A DNA stretch of 63,024 bases, counting the filler. It is 5 parts of 5 records of this genome, joined end to end, with 100 filler letters (N's around TTAATTAATTAA, not from the genome) between each part and the next. Parts side by side here need not be neighbours in the genome. Positions count along the whole stretch, not along the records: positions 1 to 14,053 come from SRR20825019_2791; 4 more parts are not named here. The stretch is one strand, 5' to 3'. A program made the translations under genes and the position numbers. The notes under the pieces are model-generated. The model was not told the origin of the DNA. It saw nothing but the letters and a program-made list of their open reading frames with translations, and ran no database searches. Position 1 is the first letter of the stretch. Each line of letters starts with the position of its first letter. Positions 1-8,205 of this stretch are shown in pieces.

Positions 1-49
1 GCGCTTGGGCTCCGCCATCCATGGCTCCGAACACTTTTGGGCAGCCCCC
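1..49. repeat. REP-like intergenic element at contig start (partial)
   Basis: GCTCCGCCATCCATGGCTCCG core resembles the GCCATGGATGGC-type palindromic repeats I recall from Marinobacter; lies at a contig end, where repeats often break assemblies. Copy number cannot be seen here. Confidence 0.4.
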
Positions 50-79
50 TGCATCACCTGTTCTCATCCGTGTCTGCTT

Positions 80-116
80 GCTATTACCGGGTGATTTCAA
101 ATCACCCGGTAATAGC
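80..116 (-). terminator. Perfect 18-bp inverted repeat overlapping the tssE stop codon
   Basis: GCTATTACCGGGTGATTT-C-AAATCACCCGGTAATAGC. No clear U-tract, so terminator function is inferred. Confidence 0.5.
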
Positions 117-537
117 GCTTGTCATCCAATAACAAATCAATGGTCGTTTTATCATCTTCCGAACCCACCTTCAGGTAGACCGTCACCTGAAACCGCAACT
201 GCAATGGATCCGGCCCCTGGGGCATCGCCATCACATCCACCCGGCTCACCCTGGGTTCAAACTTCTCAATACACTGCCGTATAGCGCTTCGAATACGAAT
301 GCTCAGATCATGGGTACCCAGCGTGGCGTCGTTGAAATCCACCAGCCCCAGGTCCGGTACGCTCTCGCTGTTGCCCGGATGGGCATTCAGCAGGCGAACC
401 AGGTGGCGTTTGATGGAATCCACCACATGGGTTACTTCCCCCATGCTTTGCCCCGCAGGTTCGGCAGCCTGTTCCAAACGCTCGAACAGACTGCCGCCCG
501 AAGCCTGAACACCGTCTGCACCGGTGTTCCTGAACAC
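97..537 (-). CDS. tssE: Type VI secretion baseplate subunit TssE (gp25-like)
   Basis: 146 aa with SLFERL, SIKRHLVRLLN, DLGLVDF and CIEKFEPRV motifs; directly follows tssC. Confidence 0.9.
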   Translation of the reverse strand: MFRNTGADGVQASGGSLFERLEQAAEPAGQSMGEVTHVVDSIKRHLVRLLNAHPGNSESVPDLGLVDFNDATLGTHDLSIRIRSAIRQCIEKFEPRVSRVDVMAMPQGPDPLQLRFQVTVYLKVGSEDDKTTIDLLLDDKRYYRVI

Positions 538-540
538 GGA

Positions 541-2022
541 TTAGTCCTTGTCCAGACGGCCGACGAGTGACAGTTCGAAGTTCGCACCCATGTACTTGAA
601 GTGCGGACGAACTGCCAGGGATACCGAGTACCAGCCCGGATCGCCTTCCACATCGGAAACGGTCACCTTGGCGGCGCGCAGTGGTCGACGGCTGCGAACA
701 TCCGCCGGCGGGTTTTCCTGGTCGGCCACGTACTGGCGAATCCAGGTGTTCAGCTCACGCTCAAGATCCTGACGCTCTTTCCAGGAACCAATCTGCTCAC
801 GCTGCAGCACCTTGATGTAGTGCGCCAGGCGGTTCACGATCATCATGTAAGGCAGTTGCGTACCCAGCTTGTAGTTGGTTTCCGCTTCTTTGCCTTCCTT
901 GGTGTTCGGGAACTGCTTGGGTTTCTGTACCGAGTTGGCAGAGAAGAACGCTGCGTTGTCACTGCCCTTACGCATGGTCAGGGCGATGAAGCCTTCGTCA
1001 GCCATTTCGTATTCGCGACGGTCGGTGATCAGCACCTCGGTCGGAATCTTGGCTTCCAGCTGGCCGAAGGATTCGAACGTGTGAACCGGAAGATCTTCCA
1101 CCGAACCACCGCTTTGCGGGCCGATGATGTTCGGGCACCAGCGGTACTTCGCGAAGCTTTCGGTCAGGCGTGTCGCCAACAGGTAGGCGGTGTTGCCCCA
1201 CAGGTAATGCTCATGATCACCGGACACGTCTTCCTTGTAGTTGAAGCTGCGTACCGGGTTTTCAGTGGGGTCATAAGGCACACGCAGCAGGAAGCGCGGT
1301 GATGTCAGACCCAGGTAGCGAGCGTCTTCCGACTCACGCAGGGAGCGCCACTTGGCGTACTTCGGGCCTTCGAAGACGGCTTTCAGTTCCTTGATGGCCG
1401 GCAGTTCCTGATAGCTGTCGACACCGAAGAATGTTGGCGCAACGGAGGAGAGGAACGGCGCGTGGGCCATGGCGCCTACGGAAGACACATACTGCAGCAG
1501 CTTCATGTCCGGCGTGGAGGGTGTGAAGGCATAGTTGCCGACAACTGCGCCCACGGGCTCGCCGCCAAACTGGCCGTATTCGGTGGAGTAAATGTGCTTG
1601 TAGAAACCGGTCTGGGTGACATCGGGTGCGAACTCGAAGTCTTCCAGCAGTTCGGTTTTGGTGGCGTGAAGAATGTCCACCTTGATGTTCTCGCGGAAAT
1701 CCGTGCGATCCACCATCAGCTTCAGGCCGCGCCAGGAAGACTCCAGTTCCTGCAGCTTGGGCGCGTGCAGGATTTCGTCCATCTGGGCGCTGATCTTGCG
1801 ATCCAGCTCGACCACCATCTGGTCGACCAGTGCCTTGTTGACCGGCTGGCCTTTCTCGTCGCTTTTCAGCAGGTTGGAGATAAACGTTGCCACGCCGCGG
1901 CGCGCCACATCGTATCCTTCATCGGCGGGAGCCATGCGACTGTTGGCCATTACCTGGTCCAGCAGTGAGCCTTCCGCAGCAGCTTCGGAGGCAGCAGATT
2001 GCTGCTCAGCAGTATCAGACAT
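541..2022 (-). CDS. tssC: Type VI secretion contractile sheath large subunit TssC/VipB
   Basis: 493 aa; LESSWRGLK, EYGQFGGEP, PRFLLRVPY, YLWGN and RPHFKYMG motifs. Confidence 0.97.
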   Translation of the reverse strand: MSDTAEQQSAASEAAAEGSLLDQVMANSRMAPADEGYDVARRGVATFISNLLKSDEKGQPVNKALVDQMVVELDRKISAQMDEILHAPKLQELESSWRGLKLMVDRTDFRENIKVDILHATKTELLEDFEFAPDVTQTGFYKHIYSTEYGQFGGEPVGAVVGNYAFTPSTPDMKLLQYVSSVGAMAHAPFLSSVAPTFFGVDSYQELPAIKELKAVFEGPKYAKWRSLRESEDARYLGLTSPRFLLRVPYDPTENPVRSFNYKEDVSGDHEHYLWGNTAYLLATRLTESFAKYRWCPNIIGPQSGGSVEDLPVHTFESFGQLEAKIPTEVLITDRREYEMADEGFIALTMRKGSDNAAFFSANSVQKPKQFPNTKEGKEAETNYKLGTQLPYMMIVNRLAHYIKVLQREQIGSWKERQDLERELNTWIRQYVADQENPPADVRSRRPLRAAKVTVSDVEGDPGWYSVSLAVRPHFKYMGANFELSLVGRLDKD

Positions 2023-2098
2023 ACCACATCCCTTCAGTACGTTTTAATAGAAAAGTGAAACCTGCCAGCAATGGCAGAATTCGAATCAAGAGTTCGGA

Positions 2099-2599
2099 TT
2101 ATTCGCCGCTTTCGTCCGTGGCCAGCTCAAGCTCCTGGAGGAGTTTGTCGCGGGCGTCATCGTTGTCCAGCAGTTCCTGCAGCTTGGATCGGAACGATGG
2201 CACGTTACCCAGCGGGCCCTTGAGGGCAACCAGGGCTTCACGAAGCTCAATCAGCTTCTTCAGCTCAGGTACCTGACGGGAAATGCTATCCGGGGAAAAG
2301 TCGTCCAGCGTCTGGAATTCGAGGTTAACCGGCAATTCTTCGGCTTCTTCGTCCAGCTTGTTGGTGACCGTGGTGGAGAGGGTGAGACCGGCTTCCGACA
2401 TCACAGAACGGAAGTTGTTCTTGTCGACGGAAATCGCCTTACGGTCTTCGATCGGAGTTTCTTCGGCTTGCCCCTTGAAGTCACCAACGACAAACATCTT
2501 CAGCGGCAGTTCTGTTTCAGCCTGCTGATCACCGGTGGCGGGGACATACTTGATATTGATGCGCTCTTTCGGCGCGACGGAACCGTCTTTTGAAGACAT
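2099..2599 (-). CDS. tssB: Type VI secretion contractile sheath small subunit TssB/VipA
   Basis: 166 aa; SVAPKERINIKY, ELPLKMFVVGDF and DDFSPDSISRQVPEL motifs. Confidence 0.97.
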   Translation of the reverse strand: MSSKDGSVAPKERINIKYVPATGDQQAETELPLKMFVVGDFKGQAEETPIEDRKAISVDKNNFRSVMSEAGLTLSTTVTNKLDEEAEELPVNLEFQTLDDFSPDSISRQVPELKKLIELREALVALKGPLGNVPSFRSKLQELLDNDDARDKLLQELELATDESGE

Positions 2600-2607
2600 G
2601 CGCTTGC

Positions 2608-2668
2608 TCCCTGTGGTCCATGTGCAAACTCAGTTGCGGTGTTACAGTCCATTGTGCGCACCATCCTG
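2608..2668 (-). promoter_or_regulatory. Cluster of GGA motifs in the tssB leader (candidate CsrA/RsmA sites)
   Basis: Minus strand reads CAGGA..ATGGA..ATGGA..AGGGA within 70 nt of the start codon; the last overlaps the Shine-Dalgarno. Confidence 0.4.
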
Positions 2669-2811
2669 GCACGCTACAGGCAGAACTCTACACAGGATAA
2701 ATCGGGTACTCAAGCAAAAATTGGCCAGCTTCTGGCAATATTTCGACCCCGGGCAAAGAATTGCCAACCATTCGACATCCCGGGGCCTTTCACAACAATG
2801 ACCTATCGCAA

Positions 2812-3303
2812 CTAGCGACGCTTTGGCGTCCAGGCCCAGATCATTTCAATCTCGATCGGCTGCTGGCCTTCGCTGTCGTGGATGGTCACCGGCACCGAGG
2901 TTTCGCCCTTCTCTTCGGTCAGCATACGCTCACGCTGCTCAGCGGTAAGGTACGCCTCCACCTTCATATCGCCTTTGGCACGGCGGGTGTATTCGGCATG
3001 CGCGGTTTTGATCACGGGCACCTTGTCATCCGGCACGTTCAGACCGACGAGAAAGCCTGTGGCGGATTCCGCCAACAACAGGGAAGCCACGGCATGTACG
3101 CCCTTGATGTGATTCTGGACCCTGCGCTTGTTCTTCAGGGAGATCACGCAACGTTCCTGATCGAGGGCTTCAATGCGAATGCCGGTGGTACCAGTGAACG
3201 GAACCGCCTTGCCGAAAAACAGCGACAAAGCCTTAGGCCGGGCAAATTCCGGCAACTGATTGATCTTGGCGACAATGCTTGCCAGTTTGTTGGCGGCGGC
3301 CAT
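2812..3303 (-). CDS. Hotdog-fold thioesterase-like protein (DUF4442/PaaI-like)
   Basis: 163 aa; VPFTGTTGI, NHIKGVHAVASLLLAESATG and YTRRAKG pattern. Confidence 0.75.
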   Translation of the reverse strand: MAAANKLASIVAKINQLPEFARPKALSLFFGKAVPFTGTTGIRIEALDQERCVISLKNKRRVQNHIKGVHAVASLLLAESATGFLVGLNVPDDKVPVIKTAHAEYTRRAKGDMKVEAYLTAEQRERMLTEEKGETSVPVTIHDSEGQQPIEIEMIWAWTPKRR

Positions 3304-3454
3304 GGGGCATCTCCGTTTATCTTAAAAGAAGGATGCGGACAATACCCCATTCGTCGAAGGATTGGAACGATCGGCCAATGACGGTCACACTGTCTCTGGC
3401 TATACTCTTCCGCATCGTGAATATCGGATTCAACACCAGAAAAGGAACCGCCAT

Positions 3455-3715
3455 ATGAGTGACCTGAAAACCCGCTTTGACGAAGCCGTCAACTACATCC
3501 AGAACGCCGAGGGCGACTTCAAACCCTCCAACGAACTCAAGCTGGAGTTCTATGCCCTCTACAAGCAGGCCACCGAAGGTGATGTCAGTGGCAAACGCCC
3601 GGGCATGATGGATTTTGTCGGCCGCGCCAAGTACGACGCCTGGGAAAAGGTCAAGGGCACCTCCTCCGAGGAAGCCATGCAGAAGTACATCGATAAGCTG
3701 GAATCCCTGAAGTAA
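3455..3715 (+). CDS. Acyl-CoA-binding protein (ACBP)
   Basis: 86 aa from ATG 3455 (AAGGA RBS); PSNELKLEFYALYKQATEGD and RAKYDAW signature. Confidence 0.93.
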   Translation: MSDLKTRFDEAVNYIQNAEGDFKPSNELKLEFYALYKQATEGDVSGKRPGMMDFVGRAKYDAWEKVKGTSSEEAMQKYIDKLESLK

Positions 3716-3830
3716 CCCGTAGTCCAGCTTGATCGGGAGCAGCCGCCGCACCGACGGTTCTGCTCCCACTCAATTTCCCTCGCAAAAGTTTTGCGGCGGT
3801 CAAACGATTGTCATAAGATGCGCGCATCAT

Positions 3831-3841
3831 AAGAACAACAA
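3831..3841 (+). promoter_or_regulatory. AANAANAA-type (Hfq/Crc CA) motif upstream of the integrase-N-domain gene
   Basis: AAGAACAACAA about 20 nt upstream of ATG 3861. Confidence 0.4.
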
Positions 3842-3860
3842 TTCACACGGAAGACGCATC

Positions 3861-4172
3861 ATGGATATCACCGAGGCGCTGGAACAGTCGCAGCCCGGGC
3901 TTGTCAGTCGAGTGACTGGCGCCATCCGCAAACATCAGCTTAACCACCGCGCAGAGCAAACCTATCTCCACTGGATTTCCCGGTTCGTGCTTTTCCACGA
4001 CCTGAAAAATCCGGAAACGCTGCAACCCGGCGACCGGCAATTATTCCTGGCTTACCTGAGCGAACGCCTGGAAGTGTCACGGGCACGCCTCAATCAGGCC
4101 AAACAGGCGCTGACGTTCTTCTACGAAGATGTGTTGGGCAGAACTGAACCCGAAGGCATTGTTGCCGCCTGA
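3861..4172 (+). CDS. Stand-alone integron-integrase-like N-terminal SAM-like domain protein
   Basis: 103 aa; IRKHQLNHRAEQTYLHWISRFVLFH..P..FLAYL..VS..NQAKQALTFFYEDVLG parallels the IntI N-terminal domain; no catalytic tyrosine-recombinase domain follows. Confidence 0.8.
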   Translation: MDITEALEQSQPGLVSRVTGAIRKHQLNHRAEQTYLHWISRFVLFHDLKNPETLQPGDRQLFLAYLSERLEVSRARLNQAKQALTFFYEDVLGRTEPEGIVAA

Positions 4173-4190
4173 ACCCTCGCGGCAGGCGAA

Positions 4191-4634
4191 TTATCGTTCC
4201 GTCGTTGTGGTATTGAACGCGCCGTAGTTCCGATTGGTCGGTGGGCGGATAATGTAGTTGTCGCCGTGGGTTTGCCCGGGAATGGACTTGGGGTTGCTGA
4301 AGCGGAATTCGACCGGAATTTCGCTTCGCCCGAGATCCGTGCGTGGATCACGGGGCTGAAGGGCAAGGGGGTCCAGGTAGAAATCCTCGTCCGTTCGCGG
4401 CTGCACGGGCACGCCAGCCGCCGGCGCTTCCAGTCCGCCTTCGATCACGGTATTGGCCAGAGACTCTTCTTCCATGGAGTTGAACGGAATGGTCTCCAGC
4501 GTTGAACGCTCTTCATAATTGAAGGCGCCTCCCTCGACGGTTTCTTCGCCGGTTTGGGCCCACACCAGAGGTGACAACGCCACCACCAGCACGATCGCGC
4601 CGATCATAGTCCTTTTTGTATCGAATCCGCCCAT
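4191..4634 (-). CDS. Hypothetical secreted protein
   Basis: 147 aa with signal-peptide-like N-terminus (KRTMIGAIVLVVALSPLVWA) and an acidic, Pro-rich mature region. Confidence 0.7.
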   Translation of the reverse strand: MGGFDTKRTMIGAIVLVVALSPLVWAQTGEETVEGGAFNYEERSTLETIPFNSMEEESLANTVIEGGLEAPAAGVPVQPRTDEDFYLDPLALQPRDPRTDLGRSEIPVEFRFSNPKSIPGQTHGDNYIIRPPTNRNYGAFNTTTTER

Positions 4635-4767
4635 AACGACTGCCTTTTCTATGTCATGTCGAGCCTGACCATTATTTGAACAAATACATCTCAGGCTGAC
4701 AATTTTTGATCAGTCTATCGCCAAAAACGACAAAAAACCCGGTCGGTCGCCAGTTTTGTGACACTCC

Positions 4768-5259
4768 TCACTTGTCGGGCGTTAGCGGCTCATAATGAAT
4801 GTTGGTGATCACAACGTGATTCCAGCCATCCGGTGTACGCACCCCCACCTCGTCGTCAATCCGTTTGCCCAAAAGCGCACGCGCCATGGGAGAGTCGATG
4901 CTCAGGTAACCGCGAGACAGATCGAACTCATCCGGCCCAACCAGCCGGTAGGTGCTTTCGTCGCCGCCTTCGTTTTCGATGGTCACCCAGGCACCAAAAA
5001 ACACTTTGCCCCGGTCATCAGGCAGACGATCCACCACCGTCAGCTCATCAAGCCGCTTGGTCAGGAAGCGCACGCGTCGATCAATTTCCCGCAACTGCTT
5101 CTTGCCATAGATGTACTCGGCGTTCTCTGAGCGATCGCCCTGAGCGGCTGCTTCCCGCACCGCCTGCGTCACTTCCGGACGCTTCTCCTTCCAGAGAAAA
5201 CGCAATTCCTCACGAAGAGCCTGCTCGCCCTCCGCGGTTATGTAGCGGGTTCTGGCCAT
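4768..5259 (-). CDS. greB: Transcription elongation factor GreB
   Basis: 163 aa; AAAQGDRSENAEYIYGKKQLREIDRRVRFL and SIDSPMARALLGK. Confidence 0.95.
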   Translation of the reverse strand: MARTRYITAEGEQALREELRFLWKEKRPEVTQAVREAAAQGDRSENAEYIYGKKQLREIDRRVRFLTKRLDELTVVDRLPDDRGKVFFGAWVTIENEGGDESTYRLVGPDEFDLSRGYLSIDSPMARALLGKRIDDEVGVRTPDGWNHVVITNIHYEPLTPDK

Positions 5260-5281
5260 AGAAAAACCACCGTGTAGACAT

Positions 5282-5305
5282 AAAAAAACCCCGTAAAAAC
5301 GGGGT
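5282..5305 (-). terminator. Intrinsic terminator 22 nt upstream of greB, on the same strand
   Basis: Minus strand ACCCCGT-TTTT-ACGGGGT running into a T-tract. Confidence 0.75.
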
Positions 5306-5370
5306 AAGGCTAGCGCTGTGCTGGAGGGAGAAGCAAGCGGAGTTTCCGCTGGCTTCCTTAGCTACACCTT
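5282..5370 (-). ncRNA. Candidate small RNA or attenuated leader
   Basis: Hairpin GAAGCCAGCGG-AAACT-CCGCTTGCTTC, then CU-rich TCCCTCC, then terminator; no credible minus-strand gene ends nearby. 5' end is a guess. Confidence 0.4.
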
Positions 5371-5514
5371 CCATTTTCCACAGAACAGGTTACACAGTGG
5401 TGGCGGCCGAATTACGTTTTGGTCAGGGCCAGATTAGGTTGCGCACTCTAGACGCAGGCGTTAGCGTTCGGTTAACTGAATTTCCGATTTAACGTCCAAG
5501 CACGGGATACCAGA

Positions 5515-5769
5515 ATGAACACCAAAAAGCTTCTCAACACGGCCCTCAATGGTCTCGACAGTATCGGCTATCGGCTTGACCAATACGGCATCACCGGCAA
5601 GCTGAACCGCCATAACCTGGCGGCGTTTATCATGCTGGAACAGAAACATCTGGAAGGTGAGTGGGACAGCATCCAGGCCAAATTCGATCGTCGCCGCTCA
5701 CAGGTAGACACGCTGCTGAAGCCAGTGATGAGCCGCGTAAATCAGTTCCGCGGCGCATCCAGCAACTGA
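5515..5769 (+). CDS. Small hypothetical protein
   Basis: 84-aa ORF filling the gap and converging exactly on the kinase stop; helical-looking sequence. Confidence 0.6.
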   Translation: MNTKKLLNTALNGLDSIGYRLDQYGITGKLNRHNLAAFIMLEQKHLEGEWDSIQAKFDRRRSQVDTLLKPVMSRVNQFRGASSN

Positions 5770-7245
5770 TCAAACGCCCCTGAGCTCCCCCGGGGAGTTC
5801 TGTTCTCCGGCTTCCGAAGCGGAAATGGTCTGGGTGTCTTTCAGACGTTTCCGGTTCGGCGAGTAAGCGGGCAACCGAATAGTGACCATCAGCCCCGGAT
5901 AGTCTTCCCCTGGGTGATGATCGCTCAATGAGATAACACCCTGGTGGATCTCCGCGACCGCGCTGACAAGGCTGAGCCCAAGGCCGTTGCCGGGCAATGA
6001 CCGGCTTTTGCCAACCCGGTAGAAGCGCTGGAACACCTGGTCTTTTTCGTCATCGGGGATACCAATGCCACTGTCCCCAACCTCGAAAATCGCGTCGTTG
6101 CCGTCCTTGCGTACGTTTACCCGGATCTCGCCTTGTTCCGGGGTGTACTTGATAGCGTTATCAATCAGGTTACTGACCATCTGGAACAGCAGGTCCCGAT
6201 CGCCCTCGATCACCACATGATCTTCCAGGGACTGCTCGAACTGCTGCTCTTTGTCTTCCGCCAACGCTTCATACAGCTCACACGCATCGCTAACCAGCTC
6301 TCCCAGGGGTACCTGCTGCATGTCCGCTGTATTGCCACGGGTTTCCAAACGCGCGATCCGAAGCAGGGCATTGAAGGTGGCCAACAACTGGTCCGCCTCT
6401 GCCACGGCCTTGCCGGCCTGCTCCCGGGCCTCGTCGTTGTCTACCGACATAAGGGTGTTTTCAAGCTGATTGCGCAGCCGGGTCAGCGGGGTTCTTAAAT
6501 CGTGGGCGATGCTGTCGGACACATGCCGGATACCTTCCATCAGGTAAACAATGCGATCCAGCATCTGATTCAGGTTTTCTGCCAGCTGGTCGAAGTCGTC
6601 GTCGGTACCTCGGGTTGGTATACGCAGGGACAGATGCCCATTCATGATGCGCCGGGAAGTGTTGTTGATGACTTCAATGCGCCGCGTGGTGCTCCGGCTC
6701 ATCAGGAACCCGCCTAACAGCGCCAGCGCCAGGGTAATACCCATCCCCCAGTTAATGGCGGTTTCGATCACCCGTTTCAGGTTAGTGAGCTCGTCCACAT
6801 CACGGCCCACCAACAGGCGCAGGCCACCCTGCACTTCGAAAATGCGAGCCCGTGCGAGTCGCTCCGGACCATTCCAGCCCACTGACGGATTCAGAGTGAA
6901 ATTGATCCAGCCGCTGTCAGAGCGAGAACCCTTGGGCCAGTTTTCGATGTTACCGGCGAGCTTGACGAAGTCGTCCGTCGTCAACAGATAGATGGATTTG
7001 GCGTTGGGGTCGCGGGCAACACGCTCGCGGATGATGGAAATAAGGCCATTGATACCGCTGCCACGGTATTGCTCCGCGAGGCCGGCAATCTCGGCCTCGA
7101 TGGTCTCATCGGTCTGGGCAGTCATGAACCCTGCCGTGCGCCAGTAGATAAACGCCAGCAGCAAAAAAACCGAGGTGGCGAACACCACCATGTACAGCAG
7201 GGCTAACTGGAACGATGAGGTTCTGAGCTGGCTAAGCAGTTTCAC
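5770..7245 (-). CDS. Sensor histidine kinase (2 TM, HAMP, HisKA, HATPase)
   Basis: H-box IAHDLRTPL, N-box NLIDNAIKY, G-boxes DSGIGI and GNGLGL; GTG start at 7245 overlaps the regulator end. Confidence 0.93.
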   Translation of the reverse strand: MKLLSQLRTSSFQLALLYMVVFATSVFLLLAFIYWRTAGFMTAQTDETIEAEIAGLAEQYRGSGINGLISIIRERVARDPNAKSIYLLTTDDFVKLAGNIENWPKGSRSDSGWINFTLNPSVGWNGPERLARARIFEVQGGLRLLVGRDVDELTNLKRVIETAINWGMGITLALALLGGFLMSRSTTRRIEVINNTSRRIMNGHLSLRIPTRGTDDDFDQLAENLNQMLDRIVYLMEGIRHVSDSIAHDLRTPLTRLRNQLENTLMSVDNDEAREQAGKAVAEADQLLATFNALLRIARLETRGNTADMQQVPLGELVSDACELYEALAEDKEQQFEQSLEDHVVIEGDRDLLFQMVSNLIDNAIKYTPEQGEIRVNVRKDGNDAIFEVGDSGIGIPDDEKDQVFQRFYRVGKSRSLPGNGLGLSLVSAVAEIHQGVISLSDHHPGEDYPGLMVTIRLPAYSPNRKRLKDTQTISASEAGEQNSPGELRGV

Positions 7246-7912
7246 GCAACATGTACCCTGCACCCCGTATGGTCTGCAGCAAGGGGGTCTCGAATTCCTT
7301 GTCGATCTTCGCCCTCAGACGGCTGATGTGTACGTCGATGACGTTGGTCTGGGGGTCGAAATGATAGTCCCATACTTTTTCGAGCAACATGGTACGAGTG
7401 ACCACCTGCCCCGCATTTCGCATGAGATATTCCAGCAGACGGAACTCCCGGGGCTGAACATCAATGTTGTGCCCGGCCCGCTTAACGGTTCTGGCAAGCA
7501 GGTCCATTTCCAGATCGGCCACCCGCAGCACGGTCTCGGTTTCCGCAGACTGGCGATTACGGCGCACCAGGGATTCGATACGGGCCAGCAGCTCGGTGAA
7601 AGAGAACGGTTTGGTCAGATAGTCATCGCCACCACCACGCAGGCCTTCCACCCGGTCATCCACATCGCCCAGGGCGCTGAGGATCAACACTGGAACCTGG
7701 TTGCCAGTGGCACGCACCGTTTTGATGATCGACAGGCCGTCCATACCTGGCAACATGCGGTCCACAATCATGATGTCGTAGTCTTCGCTGGCGGCCATCA
7801 TCATGCCTTCCTTGCCATCCGCCGCGTGGTCCACGACAAAATCAGACTCTTTCAGCCCTTTAACAAGGTAGTTTGCCACGTCCTGATCGTCTTCAATTAC
7901 CAGTGCTTTCAC
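7232..7912 (-). CDS. OmpR-family response regulator
   Basis: 226 aa; receiver (IEDD, DRMLP, DDYLTKPF) plus winged helix (NVIDVHISRLRAKID, TIRGAGY). Confidence 0.95.
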   Translation of the reverse strand: MKALVIEDDQDVANYLVKGLKESDFVVDHAADGKEGMMMAASEDYDIMIVDRMLPGMDGLSIIKTVRATGNQVPVLILSALGDVDDRVEGLRGGGDDYLTKPFSFTELLARIESLVRRNRQSAETETVLRVADLEMDLLARTVKRAGHNIDVQPREFRLLEYLMRNAGQVVTRTMLLEKVWDYHFDPQTNVIDVHISRLRAKIDKEFETPLLQTIRGAGYMLRETA

Positions 7913-7978
7913 CGGTTTTCCTCCCGATAGCGGATTACATTAACAGCTAGGGTACGAAGAACATCCGTTGCCGACCAG

Positions 7979-8205
7979 TTACGATCTTGTAAGAGGGTGT
8001 CGCCAATGGCGACGGTCACGACATACCCCGAACCAGCCTAGTCTCGACACCGTATAGCCCGCAAGGCAATATTCCACGTTCATCCAACCACCATAGCCCA
8101 GGCGGTCCAGCGCTGCGAAAACATTCCGAAAGTTAATCTCACCCGCACCGTGCTCCTGCATTTCACCTCGGCAAACAGCATGGAGACATTCATAGCGAGC
8201 CTGCT
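7979..8205 (-). pseudogene. hyi: Hydroxypyruvate isomerase remnant with large internal deletion
   Basis: N-terminal motif SRLAMNVSMLFAEV (8205-8164) abuts, out of frame, C-terminal motif EHGAGEINFRNVFAALDRLGYGGWMNVEY..LGWF. Confidence 0.75.

Noticed and set aside
2713..2728. Sigma-54 promoter for tssB (CTGGCCAATTTTTGCT)
   Set aside because: GG-to-GC spacing is 9 nt rather than the required 10.
3729..4760. Functional integron
   Set aside because: No catalytic integrase domain, attI/attC sites or cassette array is visible.
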